This document shows positions 16,246-28,194 of a stretch of DNA of 64,000 bases, in pieces. The first letter of the stretch is position 1. Each line of letters opens with the position of its first letter. The DNA is taken from positions 30,583 through 94,582 of the forward strand of contig MGPV01000029.1 of assembly GCA_001797615.1 (NCBI GenBank), read 5' to 3'. The notes beneath the pieces are model-generated. The model saw nothing but the letters and a program-made list of their open reading frames with translations, made no database searches and was not told the DNA's origin. Both the position numbers and the translations under genes were made by a program. This stretch comes from Deltaproteobacteria bacterium GWC2_65_14. Its GTDB lineage: Bacteria; Desulfobacterota; Deferrimicrobia; Deferrimicrobiales; Deferrimicrobiaceae.

Positions 16246-17253
16246 ATGAAAATCGTGGTGGACGCCATGGGAGGGGACCGCGCCCCCCGGGAGGTGGTCC
16301 GGGGAGCGGTCCTGGCGGCGCGGGAGTACGACCTCCGTATCGTGCTGGTGGGCGTGGAGGCGCAGGTGCGGGAGGAGCTTCGCTCCGCGGGGAGTACGGA
16401 CGAGCGGATCGAGCTGGTGCACGCCCCGGAAGTCGTGGGGATGGATGACGCCCCGGGGGTTGCTCTCCGGAGGAAGAAGGAGTCCTCGATCCGGGTGGGG
16501 CTGAACCTGGTGGCGGAGGGGAAGGCGGCCTCGTTCCTGAGTGCCGGGAACACCGGCGCCGTCATGGGGGCGGCGCTGGTGGTGCTGAAGAAGATCCGGG
16601 GGGTCGACCGCCCGGGGCTCGCGGCGACGATCCCCACGCCGACCGGTCCGATCGTCCTGATCGACGCCGGGGCGAACGTCGACTGCAAGCCGGCGACCCT
16701 GGTCCAGTTCGGCTGCATGGGGGAGACCTATGCGAGGAAGATCCTGGGGATCCAGAGGCCCAGGGTCGGCCTGCTGAGCATCGGCGAGGAGGATTCGAAG
16801 GGGACCGACCTCACCCGCGAGACCTCGGTCCTGTTCCGGAAGACCGGGCTCTCGTACGTGGGGAATGTCGAGGGGCGCGACTTTTTCGCCGACCGGGCCG
16901 ACGTCTTCGTCTGCGACGGGTTCGTGGGGAACGTCGCCCTGAAGACGATGGAGGGGATGGCGGTCGCCCTGGGCCATTTCCTGAAGGAGGAGATCCTGAA
17001 GTCTCCGCTCGCGAAAGTCGGCGCCCTGCTCGCCGGGAAGGCCATCCGGGGGGTGCGCGACCGGCTCGACTATGCCGAGCATGGAGGGGCACCGCTGCTG
17101 GGAGTCCGCGGCGGGGTGGTGGTCTGCCACGGCTCCTCGGACGCCCGGGCGATGAAGAACGCGATCCGGGGCGCGGGGTCGATGCACACCTTCGGAGTGG
17201 AGGAGGAGATCGCCCGTTCGATCGCCGGGAACGGGCACGAACAGGTAGGCTGA
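16246..17253 (+). CDS. plsX: Phosphate acyltransferase PlsX
   Basis: VDAMGGDRAP, SAGNTGA, DAGANVD, CDGFVGNVALK, GGAPLLG, HGSS. Confidence 0.96.
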   Translation: MKIVVDAMGGDRAPREVVRGAVLAAREYDLRIVLVGVEAQVREELRSAGSTDERIELVHAPEVVGMDDAPGVALRRKKESSIRVGLNLVAEGKAASFLSAGNTGAVMGAALVVLKKIRGVDRPGLAATIPTPTGPIVLIDAGANVDCKPATLVQFGCMGETYARKILGIQRPRVGLLSIGEEDSKGTDLTRETSVLFRKTGLSYVGNVEGRDFFADRADVFVCDGFVGNVALKTMEGMAVALGHFLKEEILKSPLAKVGALLAGKAIRGVRDRLDYAEHGGAPLLGVRGGVVVCHGSSDARAMKNAIRGAGSMHTFGVEEEIARSIAGNGHEQVG

Positions 17254-17274
17254 GCCGGGCAGGGGGGGGAAATC

Positions 17275-18252
17275 GTGGGATCGAAGATCATCGGGGTGGG
17301 GATGCACGCCCCGCCGAAAAAACTGACGAACGAAGACCTCGAGAAGATCATCGACACGTCCGACAGCTGGATCATCGAGCGGACGGGGATCAAGGTCCGC
17401 CGGATCGCGGAGCCGGGCGCGGCGACGTCGGACCTCTGCGTGGAGGCGGCGCGCCATGCGCTCGAGGACGCGGGGGTCGGGGCGGAGGAGCTCGATTTCA
17501 TCCTGGTGGGAACCTGCACGCCGGACATGCCGCTCCCCTCGGTTGCCTGTTTCACGCAGATGAAGATCGGCGCACGGAAGGCCTTCGCGGTCGACCTGAA
17601 CGCCGCCTGCTCGGGATTCCTCTACGCGCTCACCACGGGCGATGCGCTGATCCGGGCGGGTCAGGGGAAGACGGGGCTCGTCGTGGGCGGCGAAATCCTG
17701 TCTACGGTCACCGACTACACGGACCGGGGTACCTGCATCCTCTTCGGCGACGGCGCGGGGGCGGTCGTTCTCTCGGAATGTCCGGACGGCGAGGGGATCC
17801 TCTCCTGCCATCTCCACTCCGACGGAACTCTCTGGGAGCTGATCCACGCCCCCGGTGGGGGGACGGTGCACCCGTACTCGCCGGAGGTCGATGAGAAGTG
17901 GATGCACGCCATCCGGATGTCGGGGAACGAAGTCTACAAGCACGCGGTGACGCGGCTGGTGGAGGTTTCCCAGGAGGCGCTGCGTCACAACGGCGTGGAC
18001 ATATCGGAGGTCTCCCTGTTCGTGCCGCACCAGGCGAACAAGCGGATCTTGGACGGCGTCGCGAAGCGCCTCGGCATCTCCGAGGAGAAGGTGTTCGTGA
18101 ACGTGTCGGAGTACGGGAACACCTCGGCCGCCTCGATCCCGATCGCGCTGGCGGAGGCAAAGCAGCAGGGACGGCTCCGCGAGGGAGACCTTCTCCTGAT
18201 GGCCGCGTTCGGCGGAGGACTCACCTGGGGCTCCGCCCTCGTGCGGATGTAG
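17275..18252 (+). CDS. fabH: 3-oxoacyl-ACP synthase III
   Basis: AACSGF, FGDGAGA, PHQAN, GNTSAAS, FGGGLTWG. Confidence 0.96.
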   Translation: MGSKIIGVGMHAPPKKLTNEDLEKIIDTSDSWIIERTGIKVRRIAEPGAATSDLCVEAARHALEDAGVGAEELDFILVGTCTPDMPLPSVACFTQMKIGARKAFAVDLNAACSGFLYALTTGDALIRAGQGKTGLVVGGEILSTVTDYTDRGTCILFGDGAGAVVLSECPDGEGILSCHLHSDGTLWELIHAPGGGTVHPYSPEVDEKWMHAIRMSGNEVYKHAVTRLVEVSQEALRHNGVDISEVSLFVPHQANKRILDGVAKRLGISEEKVFVNVSEYGNTSAASIPIALAEAKQQGRLREGDLLLMAAFGGGLTWGSALVRM

Positions 18253-18286
18253 GAACAGGGCTTCGGAGAACAAAAGGATATCGCGC

Positions 18287-19246
18287 ATGGGCGACCGCCC
18301 CGCCATCGGACTGCTCTTCCCCGGCCAGGCCTCCCAGTTCCCGGGAATGGGTAAGGAGCTGCACGACGCCTACCCGGCCGCCCGGCAGGTCTTCGAGGAG
18401 GCCTCCGCCGCGCTGGGGCAGGATATCGCGGCGCTCTGCTTCCGGGGCACGGAGGAGGAGCTGCGCCTCACGGAGAACACCCAGCCCTGCATCTTCACGG
18501 TGAGCGTCGCCGCCTTCCGGGTGCTCGAGCGGGAGGCCGGGATCGAGCCGCTCTGCGCCGCCGGCCACTCGCTGGGCGAATACTCCGCGCTGGTCGCCTC
18601 GGGGGCGATGCCGCTCGCGGAAGGGGTGCGGATCCTTCGGAACCGGGGGCGGTACATGCAGGGGGCGGTGCCGGTCGGGAGGGGGGCGATGGCGGCGCTG
18701 ATGGGGCTGTCGCTGGAGGCGGTCGAGACGGTCTGCCGGGAGTCGTCCGCCCACGGGGTGGTCGAGCCGGCGAACCTGAACGGGGGAGATCAGATCGTGA
18801 TCTCCGGAAGCGCGGAAGGGGTGGCCGCCGCCTGCCAGGCGGCCAGGGCCGCCGGGGCGAAGCGGGCCGTGCTCCTCCCGGTGAGCGCCCCGTTCCACTG
18901 CTCCCTCATGAAGCCGGCGGCCGACCGTCTCTCCCCGGAGCTGGCCGCGATATCCTGGAGCGCGCTTCGGTTCCCGGTCGTCGCGAACGCCAGCGGATCC
19001 TCCTACCCCTCGGAGCGGGAGGCGGCCGGGATCCTGGTGCGCCAGATCGTCTCCCCCGTCCGCTGGGAGGAATGCGTCCGCCGGATGCGCGCGATGGGGG
19101 CGAAGGCCTTCCTGGAGGTCGGCCCGGGGAAGGTCCTCTCGGGGCTGCTTAGACGGATCGACCGGGAGGCCCCGGCGGCCGCCTTCTGCGCGCCTCAGGA
19201 ACTGGAGGCCGTCCGCGCGCTGGCGGGCGGTTTTTTTCTCTTGTAG
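18287..19246 (+). CDS. fabD: Malonyl-CoA-ACP transacylase
   Basis: FPGQASQ, GHSLGEY, VSAPFH, EVGPGKVL. Confidence 0.96.
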   Translation: MGDRPAIGLLFPGQASQFPGMGKELHDAYPAARQVFEEASAALGQDIAALCFRGTEEELRLTENTQPCIFTVSVAAFRVLEREAGIEPLCAAGHSLGEYSALVASGAMPLAEGVRILRNRGRYMQGAVPVGRGAMAALMGLSLEAVETVCRESSAHGVVEPANLNGGDQIVISGSAEGVAAACQAARAAGAKRAVLLPVSAPFHCSLMKPAADRLSPELAAISWSALRFPVVANASGSSYPSEREAAGILVRQIVSPVRWEECVRRMRAMGAKAFLEVGPGKVLSGLLRRIDREAPAAAFCAPQELEAVRALAGGFFLL

Positions 19247-19290
19247 GTTCCGGCACGGCAGGGGTAGAACCATCGGAAAGGGGGAACGGG

Positions 19291-20299
<1,009 letters not shown>

Positions 20300-20349
20300 C
20301 GCTGCCGGCGGAGGAAAGGAACGCCGGTCGGGCTGCACGGAGGTTGCGG

Positions 20350-21588
20350 ATGCGCAGGGTTGTCGTCACGGGGTTGGGAATGGTCACGCCGCTGGGCGTC
20401 GGCACGGGGCCGACGTGGGAGGCGATCCTCGCCGGGAAATCGGGGGTCGGTCCGATCACGAGGTTCGACGCCTCGCAGTTCCCGACCACGATCGCCGCGG
20501 AGATCAAGGGGTTCGTCCCCGAGGACTTCGTCGACCGCAAGGAGATCAAGCGGATGGATCGCTTCATCCACCTGGCGATGGCGTCCGCGCATCTGGCCAT
20601 GGAGGACGCCGGGCTTTCCATCGACGGGGAGCTGGCTCCCAGGGCCGGCGTCTTCATGGGAAGCGGTCTCGGCGGGCTCTCGACGCTCGAGCGGTACCAC
20701 CAGGCCTACCTCGAGGAGGGGGTGCGAAAAATCAGCCCCTTCTTCATCCCGATGCTGATCTCCAACCTTGCCCCTGGGCACATCGCGATCAGGTACGGCG
20801 CCAAGGGGCCGAACATCACGACCACCACCGCCTGCGCCGCCTCCAGCCATGCCGTCGGGGAGGCGCTCATGACGATCCGGCGGGGGGTCTGCGACGTGGT
20901 GATCGCCGGAGGATCCGAGGCGACGATCACTCCGATGGGGCTGGGGGGGTTCTGCGCCATGAAGGCCCTTTCCTCCCGCAACGGCGAGCCGGAGAAGGCC
21001 TCGCGTCCCTTCGACAAGGACCGGGACGGCTTCGTCATGGGGGAGGGGGCGGCGATCCTGATCCTGGAGGAGCTCGAGTTCGCCCGGAAACGGGGGGCGA
21101 AGATCTACGCCGAGCTCTCCGGCTACGGTGCCTCGGGGGACGCGCACCATGTCACGGCCCCGCCGCCGGGCGGGGAGGGGGCCGTCCGGTGCATGCGGGC
21201 GGCGCTCGAGGATGCGCGGGTGAGGGCGGAGGAGGTCGAGTATATCAACGCCCACGGCACCTCCACTCCGTACAACGACCAGTTCGAGACGATGGCGATC
21301 AAGACGGTGTTCGGGGAGCGTGCGCGAAACCTCATGGTGAGCTCCACGAAGTCGATGACGGGACACCTGCTGGGGGCCGCCGGCGCGATCGAGGGGGCCT
21401 TCTGCGTGCTCGCGCTGCGCGACGGGGTGATCCCTCCCACGATCAACTACACCACGCCCGATCCGGAGTGCGACCTGGACTACGTTCCCAACGCGGCCCG
21501 GAGGAAGGAGATCCGGTACGCCCTGTCGAACTCCTTCGGGTTCGGCGGCACGAACTCCTGCCTTCTCTTCGGGCGGTTTTCCGGGTAG
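20350..21588 (+). CDS. fabF: 3-oxoacyl-ACP synthase II
   Basis: RRVVVTGLG, TACAASSH, NAHGTST, KSMTGHLLGAAG, SNSFGFGGTN. Confidence 0.96.
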   Translation: MRRVVVTGLGMVTPLGVGTGPTWEAILAGKSGVGPITRFDASQFPTTIAAEIKGFVPEDFVDRKEIKRMDRFIHLAMASAHLAMEDAGLSIDGELAPRAGVFMGSGLGGLSTLERYHQAYLEEGVRKISPFFIPMLISNLAPGHIAIRYGAKGPNITTTTACAASSHAVGEALMTIRRGVCDVVIAGGSEATITPMGLGGFCAMKALSSRNGEPEKASRPFDKDRDGFVMGEGAAILILEELEFARKRGAKIYAELSGYGASGDAHHVTAPPPGGEGAVRCMRAALEDARVRAEEVEYINAHGTSTPYNDQFETMAIKTVFGERARNLMVSSTKSMTGHLLGAAGAIEGAFCVLALRDGVIPPTINYTTPDPECDLDYVPNAARRKEIRYALSNSFGFGGTNSCLLFGRFSG

Positions 21589-21592
21589 CCGC

Positions 21593-22090
21593 ATGACGAA
21601 GGACCTCTACCCCGTCGCCGTAGCCTCCGACCATGCGGGGGTGGAGATGAAGGCGGGGATCCTGCGGGAGCTGGCGGAGTCGGGCTACCCGGTCGAGGAC
21701 CTGGGTCCCGGAGACGGGTGCGCCGTGGACTACCCGGATTACGGGGAGGCGGTCGCGGAGCGGGTCGCCTCGGGGGCGGTCCGGCTGGGAATCCTGGTCT
21801 GCGGAACCGGGGTCGGGATGTCGATCGCCGCGAACAAGGTCCCCGGGGTGCGAGCCGCCCTCCTCTACGACGACACGACCGCCCGGTATGCGCGCCGGCA
21901 CAACGACGCGAACGTGGTGGTCTTCGGGGCGAGGACCATGCGGCCCGAGGAGGTCCTGTCGCGGCTCCGCCTGTTTCTTTCTGAGACGTTCGACGGGGGG
22001 CGCCACGAGGGTCGGCTTTCCAAGATCCGCAGCATAGAGCAACGCCGGGGAGCGCCGGCCGTGGAAGGAGCCATCGGATGTCCCACCTGA
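21593..22090 (+). CDS. rpiB: Ribose-5-phosphate isomerase B
   Basis: [36 protein letters not shown]. Confidence 0.95.
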   Translation: MTKDLYPVAVASDHAGVEMKAGILRELAESGYPVEDLGPGDGCAVDYPDYGEAVAERVASGAVRLGILVCGTGVGMSIAANKVPGVRAALLYDDTTARYARRHNDANVVVFGARTMRPEEVLSRLRLFLSETFDGGRHEGRLSKIRSIEQRRGAPAVEGAIGCPT

Positions 22091-23340
22091 AGGCGGTCGA
22101 TCCCGAGATCTACGAGGCGATCCGGAAGGAGACGGAGCGCCAGGCCCACACGCTGGAGCTGATCGCCTCCGAGAACTTCGTGAGCGAGGCGGTGCTGGAG
22201 GCCACCGGCTCCGTGCTGACGAACAAGTATGCCGAGGGGTACCCCGGGAAGCGGTACTACGGCGGCTGCGAGTTCGTCGACCGGGCCGAGTCGCTGGCGA
22301 TCGAGCGGGCGAAGCAGATCTTCGGGGCCGAGCATGCGAACGTCCAGCCCCACTCCGGCTCCCAGGCGAACATGGCGGTCTACCTCTCCGTGATGAGCCC
22401 CGGCGACACGATGCTGGGGATGAACCTCTCCCACGGGGGGCACCTGACCCACGGCAGCCCGGTGAACTTCTCCGGGAAGCTTTTCCAGGTGGTGGCCTAC
22501 GGGGTCCGGCCGGACACCGAGAGGATCGATTTCGACCAGGTCCGGGAACTCGCGCTCAAGCACCGCCCGAAGCTGATCGTCGTGGGAGCCTCCGCCTACC
22601 CGAGGATCATCGACTTCAAGCCCTTCCGGGAGATCGCCGACGAGTCCGGCGCGATGGTGATGGCCGACATCGCCCACGTGGCGGGGCTGGTGGCGGTCGG
22701 GCTGCACCCGAACCCGGTTCCCTACTGCGAGTTCGTCACCACCACGACGCACAAGACGCTGCGGGGTCCCCGGGCCGGGATGATCCTCTGCCGGGAGGAG
22801 ATGGCGAAGAAGCTCAACTCCTCGATCTTTCCGGGGATCCAGGGCGGACCGCTCATGCATGTCATCGCCGCCAAGGCGGTGGCGCTGAAGGAGGCGATGA
22901 CGCCGGAGTTCCGGGAGTACCAGAGGCAGATCCTCGCGAACGCCGCGGCGATGGCCCGGGCGATCGCGGCCCGGGGGTTCCGGCTGGTCTCCGGCGGGAC
23001 CGACAACCACCTGATGCTGGTGAACCTGAAAGAAACCCCGCTGACCGGAAAAGAGGGGGAGGAGGCGCTGGAGCGGGTCGGGATCACGGTGAACAAGAAC
23101 ACCGTCCCCTTCGAGACGAGGAGCCCCTTCATCACGAGCGGGGTCCGGATCGGCACCCCCGCGGTGACCACCCGCGGGATGAAGGAGCCGGAGATGGAGC
23201 GGATCGGCGCGATGATCGCGGAGATCCTCTCCTCCCCCGGGGACGCCGCGACGGAGAAGCGGGTCGCCTCCGAGGTCCGGACGCTCTGCGAGCGGTTCCC
23301 GCTCTACCCGGAACGGCTGGCTTCCCCCGCCGGGAGGTAG
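22078..23340 (+). CDS. glyA: Serine hydroxymethyltransferase
   Basis: [34 protein letters not shown]. Confidence 0.97.
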   Translation: MSHLKAVDPEIYEAIRKETERQAHTLELIASENFVSEAVLEATGSVLTNKYAEGYPGKRYYGGCEFVDRAESLAIERAKQIFGAEHANVQPHSGSQANMAVYLSVMSPGDTMLGMNLSHGGHLTHGSPVNFSGKLFQVVAYGVRPDTERIDFDQVRELALKHRPKLIVVGASAYPRIIDFKPFREIADESGAMVMADIAHVAGLVAVGLHPNPVPYCEFVTTTTHKTLRGPRAGMILCREEMAKKLNSSIFPGIQGGPLMHVIAAKAVALKEAMTPEFREYQRQILANAAAMARAIAARGFRLVSGGTDNHLMLVNLKETPLTGKEGEEALERVGITVNKNTVPFETRSPFITSGVRIGTPAVTTRGMKEPEMERIGAMIAEILSSPGDAATEKRVASEVRTLCERFPLYPERLASPAGR

Positions 23341-23344
23341 AACG

Positions 23345-23815
23345 ATGCAGACGGGTCCCCGGGTCCGCCCCGACTGGGACACCTACTTCATGGAGATGGC
23401 GAGGCTCGCCTCCCTGCGCTCCTCCTGCCTTCGACGCGCGGTCGGCGCGGTGCTGGTCCGGGACAAGCGGCTGCTGGCCACCGGGTACAACGGCGTCCCC
23501 TCCGGCGTCACCCACTGCGAGGAGACCGGCTGTCTCCGGGAGAAGCTGGGCGTTCCCTCCGGGGAGCGGCACGAGCTCTGCCGGGGGCTGCACGCCGAGC
23601 AGAACGCCATCATCCAGGCCGCGCTCCACGGGGTGTCCACGAAGGGGGCGGTCCTCTACTGCACGAACCTTCCCTGCATCATCTGCGCGAAGATGCTGAT
23701 CAACTCCGGGGTCCGGAAGATCTACTACCTCGACGGCTACTGCGACACGCTCACCGAGCAGATGCTCTCCGAGGTCGGCCTCGACCTCGTCCGGGTGGAG
23801 AGGAGCTCCCCGTGA
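23345..23815 (+). CDS. Cytidine/deoxycytidylate deaminase family protein (ComEB-like)
   Basis: [26 protein letters not shown] Zn motif. Confidence 0.9.
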   Translation: MQTGPRVRPDWDTYFMEMARLASLRSSCLRRAVGAVLVRDKRLLATGYNGVPSGVTHCEETGCLREKLGVPSGERHELCRGLHAEQNAIIQAALHGVSTKGAVLYCTNLPCIICAKMLINSGVRKIYYLDGYCDTLTEQMLSEVGLDLVRVERSSP

Positions 23816-24288
23816 AGTGCCCCCGGTGCGGCCACGCGGACAACAAGGTGGTCGACTCCCGGGTGGGCAAGGAGGGGGACGTGATCCGGAGGCGGCGGGA
23901 GTGCCTCTCCTGCCAGCGGAGGTTCACCACCTACGAGCGGATCGAGGAGGAGCGTCCGCTGGTCGTGAAGCGGGACGGCCGGCGGGAGCCCTTCGACCGG
24001 CAGAAGATCCTCTCGGGGATCCTGAAGGCCTGCGAGAAGCGGCCGGTGAGCTACGCCACGATCGAGCGGGTGGTGGATGGACTGGAGGCCGGATTCCAGG
24101 CCTCCGGGGAAAAGGAGATCTCCTCGATCCAGATCGGGGAGCGGGTGATGGCGGCGCTCCTCTCGCTCGACGACGTGGCCTACGTCCGGTTCGCCTCCGT
24201 CTACCGCCAGTTCAAGGACATCAGTCAGTTCGTGGAGGAGATCAAGACGCTGATCTCGGAGTCTCCCGAACGCCCGCCGAAGCCGTAG
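23812..24288 (+). CDS. nrdR: Transcriptional repressor NrdR
   Basis: MKCPRC...RRRRECLSC Zn ribbon, ATP cone, [10 protein letters not shown]. Confidence 0.96.
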   Translation: MKCPRCGHADNKVVDSRVGKEGDVIRRRRECLSCQRRFTTYERIEEERPLVVKRDGRREPFDRQKILSGILKACEKRPVSYATIERVVDGLEAGFQASGEKEISSIQIGERVMAALLSLDDVAYVRFASVYRQFKDISQFVEEIKTLISESPERPPKP

Positions 24289-24292
24289 CCGG

Positions 24293-25429
24293 ATGGATTT
24301 CCCACGCCCCGAGTTCATGCGGCTCGCCCTCCGGCTGGCCCGGAAGGGGATCCCCCGGACTTCGCCGAACCCCGCCGTCGGGGCCGTCCTCGTGGGCGGA
24401 GGGAAGGTCGTGGGATCGGGATACCACCGGTCCGCCGGGATGCCCCACGCGGAGATCGAGGCGATCCGCGACGCCGGACGCCGGGCCCGCGGGGCCGACC
24501 TGTACGTCACCCTCGAGCCGTGCGCCCACACCGGGAGAACCGGCCCCTGCACGGAGGCGATCGCGGCGGCCGGGATCCGGAGGGTCGCCTCGGCGATGGA
24601 GGACCCGAACCCGCTCGTGCGGGGGAAGGGGTTCCGAGGGCTTCGGAAGGCCGGGATCCTCGTCCACTCCGGATTGCTCGAGCGCGAGGCGCGCTTCCTG
24701 AACGAGCCCTTCTGTCGCTGGATCGTCGCCGGCCGCCCCTTCGTGACGCTGAAGCTTGCCCTTTCCCTGGACGGGCAGATCGCCGCCGCGTCGGGGGGCT
24801 CCCGCTGGATCACGGGGGAAAAGGCGAGGAGGATGGTCCACCGGATGCGGGCCAAGAGCGACGCCGTCCTGGTCGGGGGAAAGACCTTCCGGGCGGACGA
24901 CCCGCTGCTGACCGCCCGGGTGCCGGGGGCCCGGGACCCGGTGCGGGTGGTGCTGACCTCGGATCTTTCCGGCGCGGCGCGGAGCCGGATGATGCGGGAA
25001 CGGGGGAGAGGCACCCTCTTCGTATGCCCCAAGGGGGTTCCCGCGCGGTCGGTCGACCGCCTGCGGGAGGGCGGCGCGCGGGTGCTCCTGCTTCCTTCCC
25101 GCAACGGGCGCGTCGGCGCGGGGGTTTTCCTTGCGGCGCTGGGGCGGGAAGGGATAACCTCGTTGTTGGTGGAAGGTGGGGGGGAGACGGCCGGATGGCT
25201 CGTGTCGGCCGGCGCCGTGGACCGGTTCGTCCTCTTCGTCGCCCCCCTGCTGTTGGGGGAAGGGGTCCGGTCGCTCGCCGGTTTCGCCGCCGCCGCTCCA
25301 GGGAAGGGGAAGCGGCTCTCGTTTACATCGGTGCGCCGGGTGGGGGAGGACCTCATGATCACGGCGGAGCCTGCGAGGCGTCCGAAAGGCGCAACGGCCC
25401 GGAAACGGGCGAGAAAGGTCGGAGGATAG
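24293..25429 (+). CDS. ribD: Bifunctional riboflavin deaminase/reductase
   Basis: PNPAVG, HAE, TLEPCAH...PC, KLALSLDG, LVEGGG. Confidence 0.95.
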   Translation: MDFPRPEFMRLALRLARKGIPRTSPNPAVGAVLVGGGKVVGSGYHRSAGMPHAEIEAIRDAGRRARGADLYVTLEPCAHTGRTGPCTEAIAAAGIRRVASAMEDPNPLVRGKGFRGLRKAGILVHSGLLEREARFLNEPFCRWIVAGRPFVTLKLALSLDGQIAAASGGSRWITGEKARRMVHRMRAKSDAVLVGGKTFRADDPLLTARVPGARDPVRVVLTSDLSGAARSRMMRERGRGTLFVCPKGVPARSVDRLREGGARVLLLPSRNGRVGAGVFLAALGREGITSLLVEGGGETAGWLVSAGAVDRFVLFVAPLLLGEGVRSLAGFAAAAPGKGKRLSFTSVRRVGEDLMITAEPARRPKGATARKRARKVGG

Positions 25430-26065
25430 ATGTTCTCGGGGATCGTGGAGGATGTGGGCACCGTCGTATCCCTGACCCGGCGGGCGGGAGGAGCCCTGCT
25501 GCGGGTGGCGACGGCGCTTCCCCTTTCCGAGGTCCGGATCGGGGACTCCGTCGCCGTATCCGGCGCCTGCATCACGGTGACCGGGAAGGAGGGGAAGGAG
25601 TTCACCGCGAATCTCTCCGCGGAGACCCTCTCCCGCACGACCTTCGGCACGTACCGGACCGGTACCCGGGTGAACCTCGAGCGGTCGCTCTCCCTTTCCG
25701 CCCGGCTGGACGGGCACCTGGTCTACGGCCATGTCGACGGGACCGGAACGGTGCGCGAAATCCGCCTTGAGGGCGATTCGCGGGTATTCCATATCCAGGC
25801 CGATCCTTCTATAATGAAATTCGTGGTATACAAAGGCGCGGTGGCCGTGGACGGCGTCAGCCTCACGGTCAGTTCCGTCCGAACGGACGGGTTCGAGGTC
25901 GCCCTGATTCCCCTGACTCTGGGGCGGACGACATGGGGGGGCATGCGCCCCGGGGGTCCGGTCAACGTGGAAACCGACATCGTCGGGAAATATGTCCTGC
26001 GGTTTCTCGAGGGCCTTGGGGACGGCGTGTCCAGGGATTTCCTGAAAAAACATGGATTCGCGTAG
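25430..26065 (+). CDS. ribE: Riboflavin synthase (alpha)
   Basis: MFSGIVE N-terminus, [27 protein letters not shown]. Confidence 0.95.
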   Translation: MFSGIVEDVGTVVSLTRRAGGALLRVATALPLSEVRIGDSVAVSGACITVTGKEGKEFTANLSAETLSRTTFGTYRTGTRVNLERSLSLSARLDGHLVYGHVDGTGTVREIRLEGDSRVFHIQADPSIMKFVVYKGAVAVDGVSLTVSSVRTDGFEVALIPLTLGRTTWGGMRPGGPVNVETDIVGKYVLRFLEGLGDGVSRDFLKKHGFA

Positions 26066-26081
26066 GAAAGGGAAGAGGAGC

Positions 26082-27287
26082 ATGCCGCTGGCGGCCATCG
26101 AGGAAGCGCTCGGAGAGATCCGCGCGGGGAGGATGATCATCCTCGTCGACGACGAGGACCGGGAGAACGAGGGCGATCTGATGATCGCGGCGGAGCACAT
26201 CGCTCCCGAGGCGATCAACTTCATGACCCGGTACGGGCGGGGGCTTGTCTGCCTGAGCATCACCGAGGAGAGGGCGAGGCAGCTCCAGCTCCCCCAGATG
26301 GTGCACGAGAACTCCTCCCCCTACGGAACCGCCTTCACCGTGTCGATCGAGGCGCGCAAGGGGGTGACCACCGGGATCTCGGCCCACGACCGGGCGACGA
26401 CGATCCGGGCCGTGATCGCGGAGAAGACGCGTCCGGAGGACCTGGTGCGCCCCGGCCACGTCTTTCCGATCGTCGCGCGAAAGGGAGGGGTGCTGGTCCG
26501 GACCGGGCAGACCGAGGGGTCGGTCGACCTGGCGCGGCTGGCGGGGCTGACCCCCGCCGGCGTGATCTGCGAGATCATGAACGAGGACGGGACGATGGCG
26601 AGGATGCCCGACCTCGAGATCTTCGCGCAGGAGCACCGGCTGCGGATCGCCTCGATCCGGGACCTCGTGGAATACCGGATGCGGACGGAGCGGCTGGTCA
26701 CCCGGGTGGGGGAGACGCGGCTGCCGGTCCAGGGAGGGTACGAGTTCCGGGCGATCGCCTACCGGAACACGCTGAACGGGGAAACGCATGTCGCCCTGGT
26801 CAAGGGGGAGATCCAGCCCGACCGGCCGGTCCTCGTGCGGGTTCACTCCGAGTGCCTGACCGGCGACGTGTTCGGGTCGCTCCGGTGCGACTGCGGCGAG
26901 CAGCTCCACATCGCGCTGACGAGGATCGAGACGGAAGGGGTGGGGATCTTCCTCTACATGCGGCAGGAGGGGCGGGGGATCGGGCTGGAGAACAAGATCC
27001 GCGCCTACCGGCTCCAGGACGAGGGCTTCGACACCGTCGAGGCGAACCAGAAGCTCGGCTTCAAGCCGGATCTGCGGGACTACGGCGTGGGGGCGCAGAT
27101 CCTCGTGGACCTGGGGGTCCGGGAGATCCGCCTGCTGACGAACAACCCGAAGAAGATCATCGGCCTGGAGGGGTACGGGCTCCGGGTGGTCGAGCGGGTG
27201 CCGGTGGAGATCCCCCCGACCCGCGACAACATCGAGTACCTCAAGACCAAGAAGGCGAAACTGGGCCACATCCTGGAAGTCGACTGA
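26082..27287 (+). CDS. ribBA: Bifunctional DHBP synthase / GTP cyclohydrolase II
   Basis: [52 protein letters not shown]. Confidence 0.96.
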   Translation: MPLAAIEEALGEIRAGRMIILVDDEDRENEGDLMIAAEHIAPEAINFMTRYGRGLVCLSITEERARQLQLPQMVHENSSPYGTAFTVSIEARKGVTTGISAHDRATTIRAVIAEKTRPEDLVRPGHVFPIVARKGGVLVRTGQTEGSVDLARLAGLTPAGVICEIMNEDGTMARMPDLEIFAQEHRLRIASIRDLVEYRMRTERLVTRVGETRLPVQGGYEFRAIAYRNTLNGETHVALVKGEIQPDRPVLVRVHSECLTGDVFGSLRCDCGEQLHIALTRIETEGVGIFLYMRQEGRGIGLENKIRAYRLQDEGFDTVEANQKLGFKPDLRDYGVGAQILVDLGVREIRLLTNNPKKIIGLEGYGLRVVERVPVEIPPTRDNIEYLKTKKAKLGHILEVD

Positions 27288-27298
27288 GGAGGGAGACG

Positions 27299-27757
27299 GT
27301 GAGGACGATAGAGGGAGACCTGCAGGGACAGGGGCTCAAGGTGGCGGTCGTGGTTTCACGGTTCAACGGCTTCATCACGGACCGGCTCGTCGAGGGGGCG
27401 CTGGACGCCCTGCGGAGGCACGGAGTCCAGGAGAAGGACATCTCCCTCGTGAGGGTTCCGGGGTCGTTCGAGCTGCCGCTCGCGGTACGGAAGGCGGCGG
27501 CGGGCAAGGTCGACGCCGTGATCGCGCTGGGGGCCCTGATCCGGGGGGGGACCCCCCACTTCGAGTACCTGAGCGCGGAGGTCACCAAGGGGGTCGCGCA
27601 GGTGACGCTCGATTCCGGGGTGCCGGTGGCCTTCGGGGTCCTCACGACAGACACGATCGAGCAGGCGATCGAGCGGGCCGGGACCAAGTCCGGGAACAAG
27701 GGGTTCGAGGCGGCCGTGACGGCCATCGAGATGGCCCGGCTGCTGCGCCAGATGTAG
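27299..27757 (+). CDS. ribH: 6,7-dimethyl-8-ribityllumazine synthase
   Basis: [33 protein letters not shown] start after GAGGAG. Confidence 0.95.
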   Translation: MRTIEGDLQGQGLKVAVVVSRFNGFITDRLVEGALDALRRHGVQEKDISLVRVPGSFELPLAVRKAAAGKVDAVIALGALIRGGTPHFEYLSAEVTKGVAQVTLDSGVPVAFGVLTTDTIEQAIERAGTKSGNKGFEAAVTAIEMARLLRQM

Positions 27758-27783
27758 CCGCGGAGGGGCGGGAGCGGACGGGA

Positions 27784-28194
27784 GTGCGGCGGGCGTCTCG
27801 GGAAAAGGTCTTTCAAACGCTCTTCATGATGGATGTCCTGGGGGTTGGCCCGGAGAAGGCCATCCCCCTTTTTGGTCTGTTCGCGGGGGAGCCGCCCGAC
27901 CCGGAATACTACCGGGAGGCCCTCGCCGGCGTCTGGGAGCACCGGGAGCAGATCGACGAGCTGATCGGGAAAGCGGCGGAAAACTGGCGGATCGACCGGA
28001 TGACCTTCGTCGACCGGAACATCCTGAGGCTGGGGGCCTTCGAGATTCTCCACTCGCCCGACGTCCCCTTCGCGGTGGCGATCAACGAGGCGGTGGAGCT
28101 GGGAAAGAAGTTCGGGTCCGGGGAGTCGGGGGCCTTCCTGAACGGCATCCTCGACCGGATCTGCGAAATCACGAACCGGAAAGGGAGCCCGTGA
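27784..28194 (+). CDS. nusB: Transcription antitermination factor NusB
   Basis: DRNILRLG, VAINEAVELGKKFG, FLNGILD. Confidence 0.95.
   Translation: MRRASREKVFQTLFMMDVLGVGPEKAIPLFGLFAGEPPDPEYYREALAGVWEHREQIDELIGKAAENWRIDRMTFVDRNILRLGAFEILHSPDVPFAVAINEAVELGKKFGSGESGAFLNGILDRICEITNRKGSP

Noticed and set aside
24288..24293. FMN riboswitch for the rib genes
   Set aside because: There is no intergenic space before ribD and no RFN motif is visible.
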